Assembly (NCBI GenBank): GCA_963804995.1
Contig: CAWDSK010000004.1
Location: 96,001-160,000 of the forward strand
Reading direction: 5' to 3'
Source: an uncultured Acidobacteriota bacterium
GTDB lineage: Bacteria; Acidobacteriota; Terriglobia; UBA7540
DNA: 64,000 nucleotides
The notes under the pieces are model-generated. The model was not told the origin of the DNA. It searched no databases and saw nothing but the letters and a program-made list of their open reading frames with translations. The position numbers and the translations under genes were made by a program. Numbering within the stretch: position 1 is the stretch's first letter; each line of letters opens with the position of its first letter. Below are positions 10,564 through 20,871 of this stretch, piece by piece.

Positions 10564-10956
10564 TTAGCTGGACACAGGGTGCAACGCCCGCTCGACACCC
10601 TCGGGATCGCGCGCGATGACGGTGAGGTAGGCTTTGGCCGGTTGGTCGGGCTCAGAACGGCCCTGTTCCCAATCCCGCAGAGTGCCGAGAGGGATGTGGT
10701 AGCGCACGGCAAACTCCTCTTGGGTCAGCGCCAGGGCGCGGCGGAGGGTCTTAACGCGTGGCACGGAACGCAGTTGCCCTGCCCGCGCTTCAGTGAGGGG
10801 CGGGTTTTCAGGGTCGCGGGCGGCGGCGGCTTCGATTTCAGCAGCACTCCGCGGAGCCAGGGATGGAGTCTCGATCGCTTCTTCGGTGCCGTCCGGTTTC
10901 ATCCGGACAAGCCCGCCGTTACGGCGCATTCTGACGATAGTAGAGGTTTTGCTCAT
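10564..10956 (-). CDS. XRE/HTH antitoxin
   Basis: LRRALALTQEEFAVRYHIPLGTLRDWEQGR HTH; overlaps the BrnT gene. Confidence 0.85.
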   Translation of the reverse strand: MSKTSTIVRMRRNGGLVRMKPDGTEEAIETPSLAPRSAAEIEAAAARDPENPPLTEARAGQLRSVPRVKTLRRALALTQEEFAVRYHIPLGTLRDWEQGRSEPDQPAKAYLTVIARDPEGVERALHPVSS

Positions 10957-11197
10957 TTTTCGTTGCCTGGCGGGCAGAGATGATTCTGATCCGTTCCGCC
11001 CGCTCCGTATACACCACGGTCAGCACGTGATCGCCGGCCATGCCGAGCAGGATAATTCGTTCTTCGCCGTAGTCTTCCCGCAGGTCGATCCACTCAACGG
11101 CGAACGGGTCGCGAAAGGCTAGCGCCGCCTGGGCAAAGCTCACCCCGTGGTTGCGAACATTCTCGGCGGCCTTGATATCGTCCCACTCGAAGTCCAA
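10919..11197 (-). CDS. BrnT-family toxin
   Basis: FEWDDIKAAENVRNHGVSF...EERIILLG...RIRIISAR; TTG start inferred. Confidence 0.9.
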   Translation of the reverse strand: MDFEWDDIKAAENVRNHGVSFAQAALAFRDPFAVEWIDLREDYGEERIILLGMAGDHVLTVVYTERAERIRIISARQATKNEQNLYYRQNAP

Positions 11198-11249
11198 ATC
11201 AATGATACTACGGGCTGCCAGTAGCGCTGTCAAGGAGAATCCGGGACAG

Positions 11250-11398
11250 GAACCTGTGAAAAAATGAGCAGCCTCGCGCAGAGGCGCAGAGCCGCAGAGA
11301 TTCGAAATAGATAAATGCTTTAGTTTCATTGCCGCCTCCGCGCCTCTGCGTCTCTGCGCGAGACACTTTTGGTCTTCTGGCTAATTCTTCACACCTTC
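11250..11398. mobile_element. MITE family A, copy 3
   Basis: GAACCTGTGAA...TTCACACCTTC with CAG duplication; long internal hairpin. Confidence 0.75.
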
Positions 11399-11580
11399 CA
11401 GGCACGATATTTCCGATTTCCTGTGGCCATCCTTCAGGGTTCTGAGCTTTACGCGGCGTCGTCCCTTGCCTCCCCGGCACCGGGTCACGGCCCCGGCTCG
11501 CGGGTGGGGACACCCGCGCTACAAACGAGGGATTACCCCATAAGAAATAATGGACGCGGGTCGATAGCCGGGAGATGGTT

Positions 11581-11779
11581 ATGAGTTTCGGTCTCAAAGG
11601 GAACGGTGGTTCTCCCGCCGGACGCGAACTTGCCGGACGGCACCGAAGTGCGCGTTGAGCCGCTACCTGCCAAACCCCTTTCGGAACGTCTGAGCGACGT
11701 AATTGGCATCGTGCACGGAGGCCCTCCCGACTTGGCGGAGAATCACGACCACTACTTTTACGGGACGCCCAAAAAGTGA
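11581..11779 (+). pseudogene. Antitoxin of a PIN TA pair, 5' end frameshifted
   Basis: Reads KGTVVLPPDANLPDGTEVRVEP...PDLAENHDHYFYGTPKK*, out of frame with the ATG at 11581. Confidence 0.65.
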
Positions 11780-11900
11780 AGGCACTATTTGCCTCACCGA
11801 CTGCATTTCGTTCGTCGTCATGCGGGAGCACGGCATGAACGAGGCTCTGACAGGAGACCGTCACTTTGAGCAGGCCGGCTTCATTGCCCTGCTCAAGTAG
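11776..11900 (+). pseudogene. PIN/VapC toxin with large internal deletion
   Basis: Start MKALFA joins directly to the C-terminal LTDCISFVVM...ALTGDRHFEQAGF. Confidence 0.75.
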
Positions 11901-11941
11901 CGCGCTCGCGCGAACCGGCAGCCGGACACGAAGAGAGAGAC

Positions 11942-11987
<46 letters not shown>

Positions 11988-12183
11988 GAGAGCACGAGCC
12001 CCGCGTCCCGTTTCCCGTCCTTGGCCCCCTCGCAGTGCCCCCGACACTCCCCCGCTTCGTTTTTCGGCGGAAGTGCGGAGGAGGATGAAGGAATATTCTT
12101 GGTTGGCGGCGGGGCCGCTCGGGAAGTGACCCCTCATCCCCACGACAAGCAGAACGTGGGTGGCGCATACGTCCCGGCGCTCT

Positions 12184-12311
12184 GAAGGTGTGAAAAAATA
12201 CCAATTTCACCGCTGAGACGCTGAGACGCAGAGAAATGACCCTTTGTTTTCAAACCTCTGCGCCTCCGCGTCTCCGCGGTGAAAGGTTTGATGGGATTTT
12301 TTCACAGCTTC
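12184..12311. mobile_element. MITE family A, copy 4
   Basis: GAAGGTGTGAA...TTCACAGCTTC, TCT duplication; same host hairpin and position as copy 1; interior near-identical to copy 6. Confidence 0.8.
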
Positions 12312-12549
12312 TCTTTGTCGGGATGTATGCGGCGGAAGTCAAATACGGTGGGCAGGGTTAGAGACGTGATTCGCAGGACTGAGCTTATTCTGCGCCAGCC
12401 TGCCAAACCGTGAAAACCCCGATTCGGCCCGCTGGACGAGACCCAATCAGCGGTATATGCTTAGGGGGCAGACGAAGGGGACCGCCCTGCAAATACTGGC
12501 TGAGGAACGACTCACTGACGTGGTAGGATGATCGTGAGGGGCCAAGGCA

Positions 12550-12792
12550 ATGACCACTAATCGAATCCAGATCGACCCGGCGGTGATGATGGGCAAACCG
12601 GTGATTCAGGGGACGCGAATCACCGTCGAGTTGATCCTGCACAAGCTTGCCGAGGGAGCGACCGAAGGCGAGCTACTCGAAGATTATCCGCACCTAGCGC
12701 CCGAGGACATTCGGGCGGCGATCGCCTACGGCGCAGCGAGCGTGGCCCACGAGGAAGTAGTGCTGCTCTCGGACGCTCCGGTTGGGCACTGA
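12550..12792 (+). CDS. DUF433 antitoxin
   Basis: RIQIDPAVMMGKPVIQGTRITVE...LLEDYPHL. Confidence 0.92.
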   Translation: MTTNRIQIDPAVMMGKPVIQGTRITVELILHKLAEGATEGELLEDYPHLAPEDIRAAIAYGAASVAHEEVVLLSDAPVGH

Positions 12793-12801
12793 TCCCGAAG
12801 C

Positions 12802-13161
12802 ATGAATTTCCTGGCCGACGAGAGCTGTGCGGGACCCGTAATTCACGCTCTGCGTGAGGCGGGCCACGACGTCGTCGCGATTGCCGAAGTTGCCAAAGGC
12901 ACAGTGGACGAACTGGTGATGGCGCGTGCGTTCGGCGAACGGCGCATCCTCATTACGGAAGACCCCGATTTCGGCGAATTGGTGTACGCGCGCGGGCACT
13001 CCTCAGCAGGAGTCATCCTGGTTAGGTTCCCGAGTCGTGTACGCCGGGCCAAGTTCCCGTCTGTCGTTGAAGCGGTGGCCAAGCTGGGCGCGCGGCTCTC
13101 CGACAGCTTCACGGTCGTGGAACCAGGACGTGTTCGCATCGCCAGCAGACCGCGAAGGTAG
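12802..13161 (+). CDS. DUF5615 (Mut7-C-like PIN) toxin
   Basis: MNFLADE...LREAGHDV...RILITEDPDFGEL. Confidence 0.9.
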   Translation: MNFLADESCAGPVIHALREAGHDVVAIAEVAKGTVDELVMARAFGERRILITEDPDFGELVYARGHSSAGVILVRFPSRVRRAKFPSVVEAVAKLGARLSDSFTVVEPGRVRIASRPRR

Positions 13162-13514
13162 CGACCGAACGAGTACCAAATCGGTACCCCTTGAGCGTTT
13201 TTCCCGTGTTTCTGGGTCCTTTTGCGTTGCCAAGCGTGCCGCAAAAACAACAAGATAGACATACTTAACTAGCTGACATGGCAAGCGGGCCGCCCCCTCT
13301 GCTCGGCCGAACTTCATTTCACTCAACTTGGGGGTGAGCCAGGTCAACTTGACGGTTTGTCGCCGAACCGGAGATGTAAACTTCACGCTCCCGAGAGGCC
13401 GTGAGCGGAAATAGCCGCTCTGTATTAGCCCTGTGTTTAGCGATTTGTCCGCAGGGTCAATCAGAAATCATCTCAGCCCGCCGAGGGGGCGTGAGAACGT
13501 AGCCCACGGCGTGA

Positions 13515-13663
13515 GAAGCTGTGAAGAAATCCCTGAACGGGCAAAAGTGTCTCGCGCAGAGACGCAGTGTCGCAGAGGCCGCAAAGAAAACAGATCAGTT
13601 GTTTTCTTGAATTCTCTGCGCCTCAGCGTCTCTGCGCGAGATTGTCAAATTTTTCACAGCTTC
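13515..13663. mobile_element. MITE family A, copy 5
   Basis: Perfect GAAGCTGTGAA/TTCACAGCTTC ends; flanks TGA/TAA. Confidence 0.75.
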
Positions 13664-13703
13664 TAAGTCATGGGTGTGCGAATCCTCCCTCACCCCCATC
13701 CCC

Positions 13704-15093
13704 CATATGCGCTAGAATAAGAAATTGACTTATTCTGCTGCTGATGTATGCTTCTGGCATGAACAAGAATCTAATGGATACCGACTGGAAGTATCTATGC
13801 CAGTATTTGCCAGCCAATATGAGTGAGTTGGCTAAGCGCAGTGGAGCCGTGGCGCGATGGCGCAACCTTAAGAGCGGTGAGGAGTTATTGAGAGTTATTC
13901 TAGCATATGCCATCGAAGACCTCTCTTTGCGGAGCACGGCGGCTTGGTCCGCCCAGGCGGCTCTGGAGCTCAAGGACACCTCTATCCTGCATCGTTTGCG
14001 CAAGGCTCCTCCTCTGCTGGAGCGAGTCTTGGCGCATCTGCTGACGCAGCGACTGCGGGCCGAGCCTGCCCCGGGGCCAGCCTTTCGGATCCTCGACGCC
14101 ACCGTGCTGAGCATCCCCGGCAGCCAAGGAACGGATTGGCGTTTGCATGCCGTCTATGATCCCGCCCAGTGTCGTCTCCGACGGGTGGAGATTACCGACC
14201 ACCAGGGCGGCGAGCGCTTGGATCGCGACCGCCCGCAGCCGGGGGACATTGTCTGCGGGGACCGGGGATTGGCGCGCGCCCAAGGTATTCATGCGGTGAG
14301 CGAAGCCGGAGCCTATGTTCTGCTGCGCATGCATTGGCAGAATATTCGGCTGCACGACGCCCAGGGACAGCCTCTGAATCTGAACCAGACCTTGAAAAGG
14401 GCGGACGCTGGAGATACGGGGACCGTTGCATATGTCCCCCTTTCGGGTAAAGCCCCTGCTCCGGTGCGACTGCTGATTCGCCCTCTGCCCAGCGAAGCAG
14501 CCCACCGCAGCCGTCAGCGCTTGCGCCGCAATGCCGCCAAAAAAGGCCGCACCCCGCAGGCCACCGCCTTGCGTCTGGCCGGCTATTTCTGTGTGCTGAC
14601 CACTTTGCCGGAAGCCCTCGCCAGTGACGACGTGGTCCTGGAACTCTACCGCATCCGCTGGCAGATTGAGCTGTTCTTTAAACGCTGCAAAGGCCTCTTG
14701 CATTTTGATCAGCTCCGCGCCTTCGACCCCGGCTTGGTGCGCACCTACTGTCTGGCCAAGTTGATTGAGGTGGCCCTGATTCAGTGTTTGCATGAGGAGG
14801 CCGTTTCTATTTCCCCCTGGGGAGTTCCCCGCTGCCGGAGCGTCGCGGCTTAGCCTGTGGCGATGGGTGCATCTGCACCATTTGGATTTGATCCTGGCCA
14901 TTTACGGGACCTTCTCCTTGCGGGTTAAACAACATCGCTGGCCCCTGGCGCGTCAGGCTTTAACCGAGGCACCTCGAAAACGAATCTACGATCGAGAAAA
15001 ATTCCGGCACCCGCTCTCGCTCCTTATGAACCGCCTCCTCCACGCGCAACAACTTCGCCTAGGAGCATCGAATGAGCTATTCTAGCGCCTATG
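13704..15093 (+). mobile_element. IS4-family insertion sequence
   Basis: TIRs CATATGCGCTAGAATA/TATTCTAGCGCCTATG; 11-bp target duplication CCCCCATCCCC at 13693-13703 and 15094-15104. Confidence 0.9.
13744..14853 (+). CDS. DDE transposase (IS4 family)
   Basis: ILDAT, GDRGL and YRIRWQIELFFKRCK (YREK) motifs. Confidence 0.92.
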   Translation: MYASGMNKNLMDTDWKYLCQYLPANMSELAKRSGAVARWRNLKSGEELLRVILAYAIEDLSLRSTAAWSAQAALELKDTSILHRLRKAPPLLERVLAHLLTQRLRAEPAPGPAFRILDATVLSIPGSQGTDWRLHAVYDPAQCRLRRVEITDHQGGERLDRDRPQPGDIVCGDRGLARAQGIHAVSEAGAYVLLRMHWQNIRLHDAQGQPLNLNQTLKRADAGDTGTVAYVPLSGKAPAPVRLLIRPLPSEAAHRSRQRLRRNAAKKGRTPQATALRLAGYFCVLTTLPEALASDDVVLELYRIRWQIELFFKRCKGLLHFDQLRAFDPGLVRTYCLAKLIEVALIQCLHEEAVSISPWGVPRCRSVAA

Positions 15094-15381
15094 CCCCCAT
15101 CCCCTCCCGGTCGCCGCGCCGAGCCCCGATAGCGCGTTCTTTCCAAATTGATCATCGGGGCCGAGCCCCGGAGTGGCGCTGACGTACGGGCACGCCACCT
15201 GTCCCGATGGTTTCGATCGGGATGGCGTGCCCTTACTGTAGCGGCGAGTTCACCTCGCCATGTGGCGGCGTAATGCCGCCTCGAAAATGGCGAGGTAAAC
15301 TCGCCGCTACAACATCAAATTGACCCCCTACGGGCGGATGGGATAACCGCGATTTTACCAACGAACTTCTGACTCGGGGCG

Positions 15382-16104
15382 CTAGATCCGCACGAACGTC
15401 TGCTTGCGATACATGTAGTACAGGCCGAGCCACAGGATTCCCACCACTCCGGCAGCGAGGAGGCAATCCCCAAACTTCCCGAGGTGCCCCGCGAGTCCGG
15501 CGAGGACGTTGTTGCTGATATCCGCAAAGGGAATGAAAAACGGCGCCAAGTAGGCGACGATGGCGTTCATGCCGAACACGATGAAGAAGAACGCCCAGCG
15601 GCGGTAACCCAGCACGTCGATGACCCAGTAGAACAGTGCCAACAGCAACAGGCACCGGCCCCCCGCCCACAAGACCATGGAACTCGAAAAAATGTGCTTG
15701 ATGATGCGGTTAAGGTCAAACGACAGCAGGTGCCCCTGCGCGACCATTCCCAGAATCCAGAGCACCGCGACGCGATAGATCACCTTGGAATAAATGCTGC
15801 CGCGGCTGTCGCCGCGCTCCAGGCGCTTCCCGATCGAGAAGGGCATCACCACTCCTACGATGAACAGAAACAGGGGCATGACCAGGTCCGCGCCCGGGAA
15901 GCCAACCCATTCCGCGTGGTAAAACTGCCGCTCCAACCACAGCAGGAGCGGGTTGGAAAACAGCTTGCAGAATTCCATTAGGAACGGCCCGCCGACTGAG
16001 ACCCAAAACATGTCGAAGCCGCGCAGGGCGTCAATCGAAATGATGCGTTCGGAAGACTGGACGGCGTCGAACCCCGTGGGTACAAGTTTGGTCTGGCCCA
16101 TCAC
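15382..16104 (-). pseudogene. DUF5009/HGSNAT-like membrane acyltransferase, apparently internally deleted
   Basis: RIISIDALRGFDMFW and DLVMPLFLFIVG N-terminus joins abruptly to the IIK...SSSMVL...FGMNAI C-terminus; only 240 aa. Confidence 0.65.
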
Positions 16105-16504
16105 CCTGCACTCTTTAAAATTGGAATAGGTTTTCTCGGCTCAGGCCGGGGGGTCTGATTTATCCATGACAAATGCCACCCCCCTTTTTTGCAGGTCCAC
16201 GACTTTTTGTCATCATGGTGAGACTGTCCCAGAAGTTGCTCTCCGCGGGGCATAGCGAGCGAGGTCCCACCAACTTTCCCATCCTACCGTCATTTTCACC
16301 CCCCGCTTTTCGTGTCCCGATTGGCCGCGTTTCGCCACTACGCCAAAACCTTTTCGAGCCACTCCGATCGAATCCGTAGCCCGCCTGGACAACAATTAGA
16401 AGTCAGAGTGGGGCGGCATCAGTTGCCGAATTCCTTTACCACCTTCTGGGCGCTCTGGTATAAATATCCGCCTCGATACCATGCGCCGAAATATGGGGGC
16501 AATC

Positions 16505-18553
16505 ATGACGAGCAGGATCATCACCGGACTATTGCTGACTCTGACCCTGAGCGGTAGCGCGGCCCTGGCGAAGCACCCGATCACGTACGAAGATCTTGCA
16601 AAAGTGCAGCGCATCTCTGATCCTCAGATTTCGCCGGACGGCAAATGGATTGCCTACGTCGTGGGCGTTGTAGACCTCGCCGCCAACAAAACGCTGCGGC
16701 ATATCTGGCTGGTTCCCGCTGAAGGTGGCGCGCCGCGACAACTGACACAAGGTGAGGGCGCCGACACGCGCCCGCGCTGGTCCCCGGACGGCAATTCGCT
16801 GGCGTTCATCTCCACACGCGGCGGCAGTTCGCAAGTCTGGATCATCCCCATACACGGCGGCGAAGCGCGTCCCCTCACTTCGCTCTCAACCGAAGCAGAC
16901 GGCGTGACCTGGGCCGCGCATGGTGACGTGTTGCTCTGTACTTCGCAGGTGTATCCCGACTGCGCGGATGAGGACTGCAACGCGCGCCGCTTGAAAGAGG
17001 CTGCCGAGAGCAAAGTCAAAGCGCGACTGATTGACGAATTGCTCTATCGCCACTGGGACTCTTGGCGCGATGGTAAGTACACACACCTCTTCGCCGTTTC
17101 GGCCAGCGGAGGTACACCGCGTGACCTGACGCCGGGCGCTTATGATTCGCCAACCTGGTTCCTGGGCGGAGCCGACGGCTACGCGATTTCACCGGACGGG
17201 AAAGAAGTTTGCTACACCTCCAATCACTCCAAAGGTTCCGCCGGCCAGTCAGCGGCCGCCTGGACGACGAATGACGATCTCTACCTTGTCAGCGCGCAAG
17301 GCGGCGATGCGCGCAACATTACCAGCGCCAATCCCGGCTCCGATGCCTCGCCTCAGTACTCTCCCAACGGACGCTACATCGCCTACACCTCACAAGCGCG
17401 CAACGGCTATGAATCCGACCTCTTCCGGTTACGGGTGTACGACCGAGAAAGCGGAAAGATCACGGACCTCACCCCGGGCTTCGACCAATGGGTGACGAGC
17501 TTTACTTGGGCGCCCGACAGCAACACAATTTACTTCACCGCGCCTGACCACGCTCGCCAGCCGATTTTTAAGACTTTGATGAGCTCACCGAAAGTCGAAA
17601 AAGTTCTGGACGGCATGAATGATGAACTCGGTGTGAGCCCCGACGGCAAGCGGCTGATTCTCACCCGCACCAGCCTGACACAGCCGGCAACAGTTTATCG
17701 CGTGCCGACTGCCGGCGGCACACCTGTGCAGCTTACCCACGAAAACGATGCGCTCCTGGCCGACCTTGATATGAACCCTGTGGAATTGGTCACCACCAAG
17801 GGTGCATTGGGCGCTGAAATTCAGAACCTGCTGGTGAAGCCTCCGGGATTCGATGCCGGCAAAAAGTATCCCGCCATTTTTCTCGTCCACGGCGGGCCGC
17901 AAAGCGCTTGGGACGATGCCTGGAGCTACCGCTGGAATGCTGAGATGTTCGCCGCGCGCGGATACGTAGTGATGATGACGAACTTTCATGGGTCCACCGG
18001 CTACGGGCAGAATTTTGTGGAGGAGATTTCCGGCGATTGGGGCGGCGCACCGTATCAGGATTTGATGAATGCGGCGGACTATCTGCACGCCCTGCCCTAC
18101 GTCGATCGGAATCACGTGGGCGCGGCAGGTGCATCTTTCGGCGGGTACATGATCAACTGGATCGCCGGCCACACCGATCGCTTCAAAGCGCTGGTTTCAC
18201 ACGACGGCGTGTATGACAACCGCAGCATGTATGGCGAGACCGAGGAAATTTGGTTCGCTGAATGGGAATTCAAGGGACTGCCCTGGGATAAGCAAGCCTC
18301 GGAGCTGCGCGAAAAGTGGTCGCCCTCGAACTTCGTTCAGAACATCAAAACTCCTATGCTGATTGTAGAAGGCGCCCGCGATTATCGTGTACCCGAGGGG
18401 CAGGCCATGCAACTCTTCTCGGCTTTACAGCGGCGCGGCGTGCCTTCGAGGCTTCTCTATTTCCCCGACGAAGGCCACTGGGTACTGAAGCCGCAGAATG
18501 GCCAACTGTGGTACAAGACAGTGCTGGGATGGCTGGATCAGTGGGTGAAGTAG
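16505..18553 (+). CDS. S9 family peptidase, secreted
   Basis: Signal peptide, beta-propeller repeats, VHGGP, GASFGG nucleophile, DYRVP, FPDEGH. Confidence 0.95.
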   Translation: MTSRIITGLLLTLTLSGSAALAKHPITYEDLAKVQRISDPQISPDGKWIAYVVGVVDLAANKTLRHIWLVPAEGGAPRQLTQGEGADTRPRWSPDGNSLAFISTRGGSSQVWIIPIHGGEARPLTSLSTEADGVTWAAHGDVLLCTSQVYPDCADEDCNARRLKEAAESKVKARLIDELLYRHWDSWRDGKYTHLFAVSASGGTPRDLTPGAYDSPTWFLGGADGYAISPDGKEVCYTSNHSKGSAGQSAAAWTTNDDLYLVSAQGGDARNITSANPGSDASPQYSPNGRYIAYTSQARNGYESDLFRLRVYDRESGKITDLTPGFDQWVTSFTWAPDSNTIYFTAPDHARQPIFKTLMSSPKVEKVLDGMNDELGVSPDGKRLILTRTSLTQPATVYRVPTAGGTPVQLTHENDALLADLDMNPVELVTTKGALGAEIQNLLVKPPGFDAGKKYPAIFLVHGGPQSAWDDAWSYRWNAEMFAARGYVVMMTNFHGSTGYGQNFVEEISGDWGGAPYQDLMNAADYLHALPYVDRNHVGAAGASFGGYMINWIAGHTDRFKALVSHDGVYDNRSMYGETEEIWFAEWEFKGLPWDKQASELREKWSPSNFVQNIKTPMLIVEGARDYRVPEGQAMQLFSALQRRGVPSRLLYFPDEGHWVLKPQNGQLWYKTVLGWLDQWVK

Positions 18554-18589
18554 CAGGAAGCAGGAGACTGCAGGAAAACGGAGACATCT

Positions 18590-19882
18590 ATGAACAGAGA
18601 CGAAATCGTTCGCAAAAAGCAGGAATATCTTTTCAACTGCGTCACCACCTACTTCAAAGACCCGATGGTGATTGATCACGCCAAAGGCCAATACGTTTGG
18701 GACAGCGAGGGCAAGCAGTATCTCGATTTCCTGGGTGGAATCGTGACCATAAGCGTGGGCCACTCGAACCCCAAGGTGACGGAAAAAATCAAGGCCCAGG
18801 TCGACAAGGTCCAGCACACCTCCACGCTTTTCATCACGGAAGCAATGGTGAACCTGGCTGAGAAAGTCGCCTCGATTGCCCCCGGTAAACTCAAGAAGAG
18901 CTACTTCACCAACAGCGGCACGGAAGCGAACGAAGTCGCGGTGCTCACGGCCCGCATGTACACTGGCAACTACGAGCTCCTGGCGCTACGCCACGGCTAC
19001 AGCGGGCACTCGCATCTTGCCAAGTCGCTTACCGGATTACACACCTGGCGCAAGGCCGGAGTGATACCTTACGGGATCGTGCATGCGCCGGGGCCGTACT
19101 GCTATCGCTGCCCTTACGGCCTGACCTATCCCAGTTGCGAACTGCACTGCGCGAAGGATGTCGATGAAGTCATCAAGACTTCCACCAGCGGCCAGATCGC
19201 GGGCATGCTGGTTGAGACTATTCAGGGACTGGGCGGGTTCGTCGTGCCACCGCCCGGCTATTTCAAGATTGTTGCGAACATTGTGCGCAACTACGGCGGA
19301 CTCTTCATCGCCGACGAAGTGCAGACGGCCTGGGGCCGCACCGGCAAGAAGTGGTGGGGGATCGAGCATTGGGAAGTGGAGCCCGACATCATTACCAGCG
19401 CCAAGAGTATGGCGAACGGCGTGCCTATTGGGCTGACGCTGACGCGCCCGGAAATCGCCGACGCGTACAAGGGTCTGACCATTTCGACCTTCGGCGGCAA
19501 CCCCGTGGCATGCGTAGCAGCCAAAGCCACTATCGACCTGATCGAAGAAGACCGCCTGATGGATAATGCTGAAACCGTGGGCCAGCATTTCCACGCAGGC
19601 CTCAAAGCGCTCCAGGAGAAGCACGCGATCATCGGCGACGTGCGCGGTATGGGCCTGATGCAAGGCATCGAACTGGTGAAGAATCGTGAAACTAAAGAGC
19701 CTGGAACCGATTTGACCAATCAATTGCTCGAGCGCCTGCGTGCGAATGGCCTGCTGGTTGGCAAAGGCGGCCTATACGCCAACGTGGTGCGCATGTCCCC
19801 GCCGCTCAATATTTCCAAGGATGATGTGGATGTGGCGCTTGCGGCGCTTGACAAGGGTCTGGCGGAGGTTGTCGCGAAATAG
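18590..19882 (+). CDS. Class III PLP aminotransferase (AGXT2-like)
   Basis: FTNSGTEANE, FIADEVQTAWGRTG, SAKSMANG, STFGGNP. Confidence 0.93.
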   Translation: MNRDEIVRKKQEYLFNCVTTYFKDPMVIDHAKGQYVWDSEGKQYLDFLGGIVTISVGHSNPKVTEKIKAQVDKVQHTSTLFITEAMVNLAEKVASIAPGKLKKSYFTNSGTEANEVAVLTARMYTGNYELLALRHGYSGHSHLAKSLTGLHTWRKAGVIPYGIVHAPGPYCYRCPYGLTYPSCELHCAKDVDEVIKTSTSGQIAGMLVETIQGLGGFVVPPPGYFKIVANIVRNYGGLFIADEVQTAWGRTGKKWWGIEHWEVEPDIITSAKSMANGVPIGLTLTRPEIADAYKGLTISTFGGNPVACVAAKATIDLIEEDRLMDNAETVGQHFHAGLKALQEKHAIIGDVRGMGLMQGIELVKNRETKEPGTDLTNQLLERLRANGLLVGKGGLYANVVRMSPPLNISKDDVDVALAALDKGLAEVVAK

Positions 19883-19945
19883 ATCCGCGGTCAATTGGAT
19901 ATGATTCCATTTTGATGAGGTTTTGAATCAGGAAACGAGGCGTTG

Positions 19946-20785
19946 ATGCCAGGCATCCCTGTACTGCACGTTGAAGCGGATTGCATTGCGCGCGCGTGGG
20001 AAGATTCGCTTATCCTGCTGCACGACAAAGGTTGCGACCTCAAGACGCAATATGACAAGCCGGGTGACCCTCCCAGCAAAGACGCCACGATGGTGATCAC
20101 CATCACCCAACCACTTAAAGAACCCATGATCCATCGCGATTTCCCGGGCGGGCCTGAAGACTTGCAGGAATATGTCATGGAGGTTCTGGAGGGCATCAAA
20201 GACCATCTGGTGCGCGACCGGCGCGACCCCACCGACACGCGCTGGGAATATACCTACCATCAACGACTCTTCCGCTATGAAGTCCCCGGACTCACACCCT
20301 TCGATCAGGTTGAAACGATCTGCCGCAAGCTGGCGGAGACGCCTTATACACGACGCGCCCAGGCTGTGACCTGGAAGGTTTGGGAGGATAATGACTGCTA
20401 CGATCCCGCCTGTCTGCAAAGCGTCTGGTGCCGGATTACCGAAGACGAGGGCGCACCGGTGCTGAGCATGAACGTGCGTTTCCGTTCCAATGATGCCTAC
20501 AAGGCCGCCTTCATGAATATTTTTGCCCTGGTCGAAATGCAAAAACGGATCGCGGGAAGGGTATCAGAACTTTCGGGCCGGCCTGTAGGTGTGGGCCGCT
20601 ACTGCCACCTGGCCGATAGCTACCATATCTATGGATCGTACTTTCGAGAATTCGAAGCTCGGTTTATAGGCGCCCTGGCCAAACGCACCTTTGAGCAACG
20701 AACTCTCCACTATGACGACTGGCGCGAGATGATGGAAGAAGCGCGGCCGGCCATCCTGGAGAAGGCTCGCAAGATGAGCCGGTGA
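19946..20785 (+). CDS. Thymidylate synthase-like protein (archaeal-type)
   Basis: YTYHQRL, TRRAQAVTW, PACLQ (catalytic Cys), FRSNDA, AFMN, SYHIY. Confidence 0.8.
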   Translation: MPGIPVLHVEADCIARAWEDSLILLHDKGCDLKTQYDKPGDPPSKDATMVITITQPLKEPMIHRDFPGGPEDLQEYVMEVLEGIKDHLVRDRRDPTDTRWEYTYHQRLFRYEVPGLTPFDQVETICRKLAETPYTRRAQAVTWKVWEDNDCYDPACLQSVWCRITEDEGAPVLSMNVRFRSNDAYKAAFMNIFALVEMQKRIAGRVSELSGRPVGVGRYCHLADSYHIYGSYFREFEARFIGALAKRTFEQRTLHYDDWREMMEEARPAILEKARKMSR

Positions 20786-20871
20786 GGAAGAAGTACTCCA
20801 CTTTCCCGTAACCTTCGCACACCAATTCCCCACGAAAGCAGGCCAGGAATCGAGGCCCTCCTTCACCGCGG

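Noticed and set aside
13270..13320. tRNA fragment marking an att core after the orphan arm
   Set aside because: No T-arm or acceptor-stem sequence recognisable on either strand.
15139..15150. Copy of the 17-bp palindrome outside the element
   Set aside because: Only the left half (TTTCCAAATT) matches.
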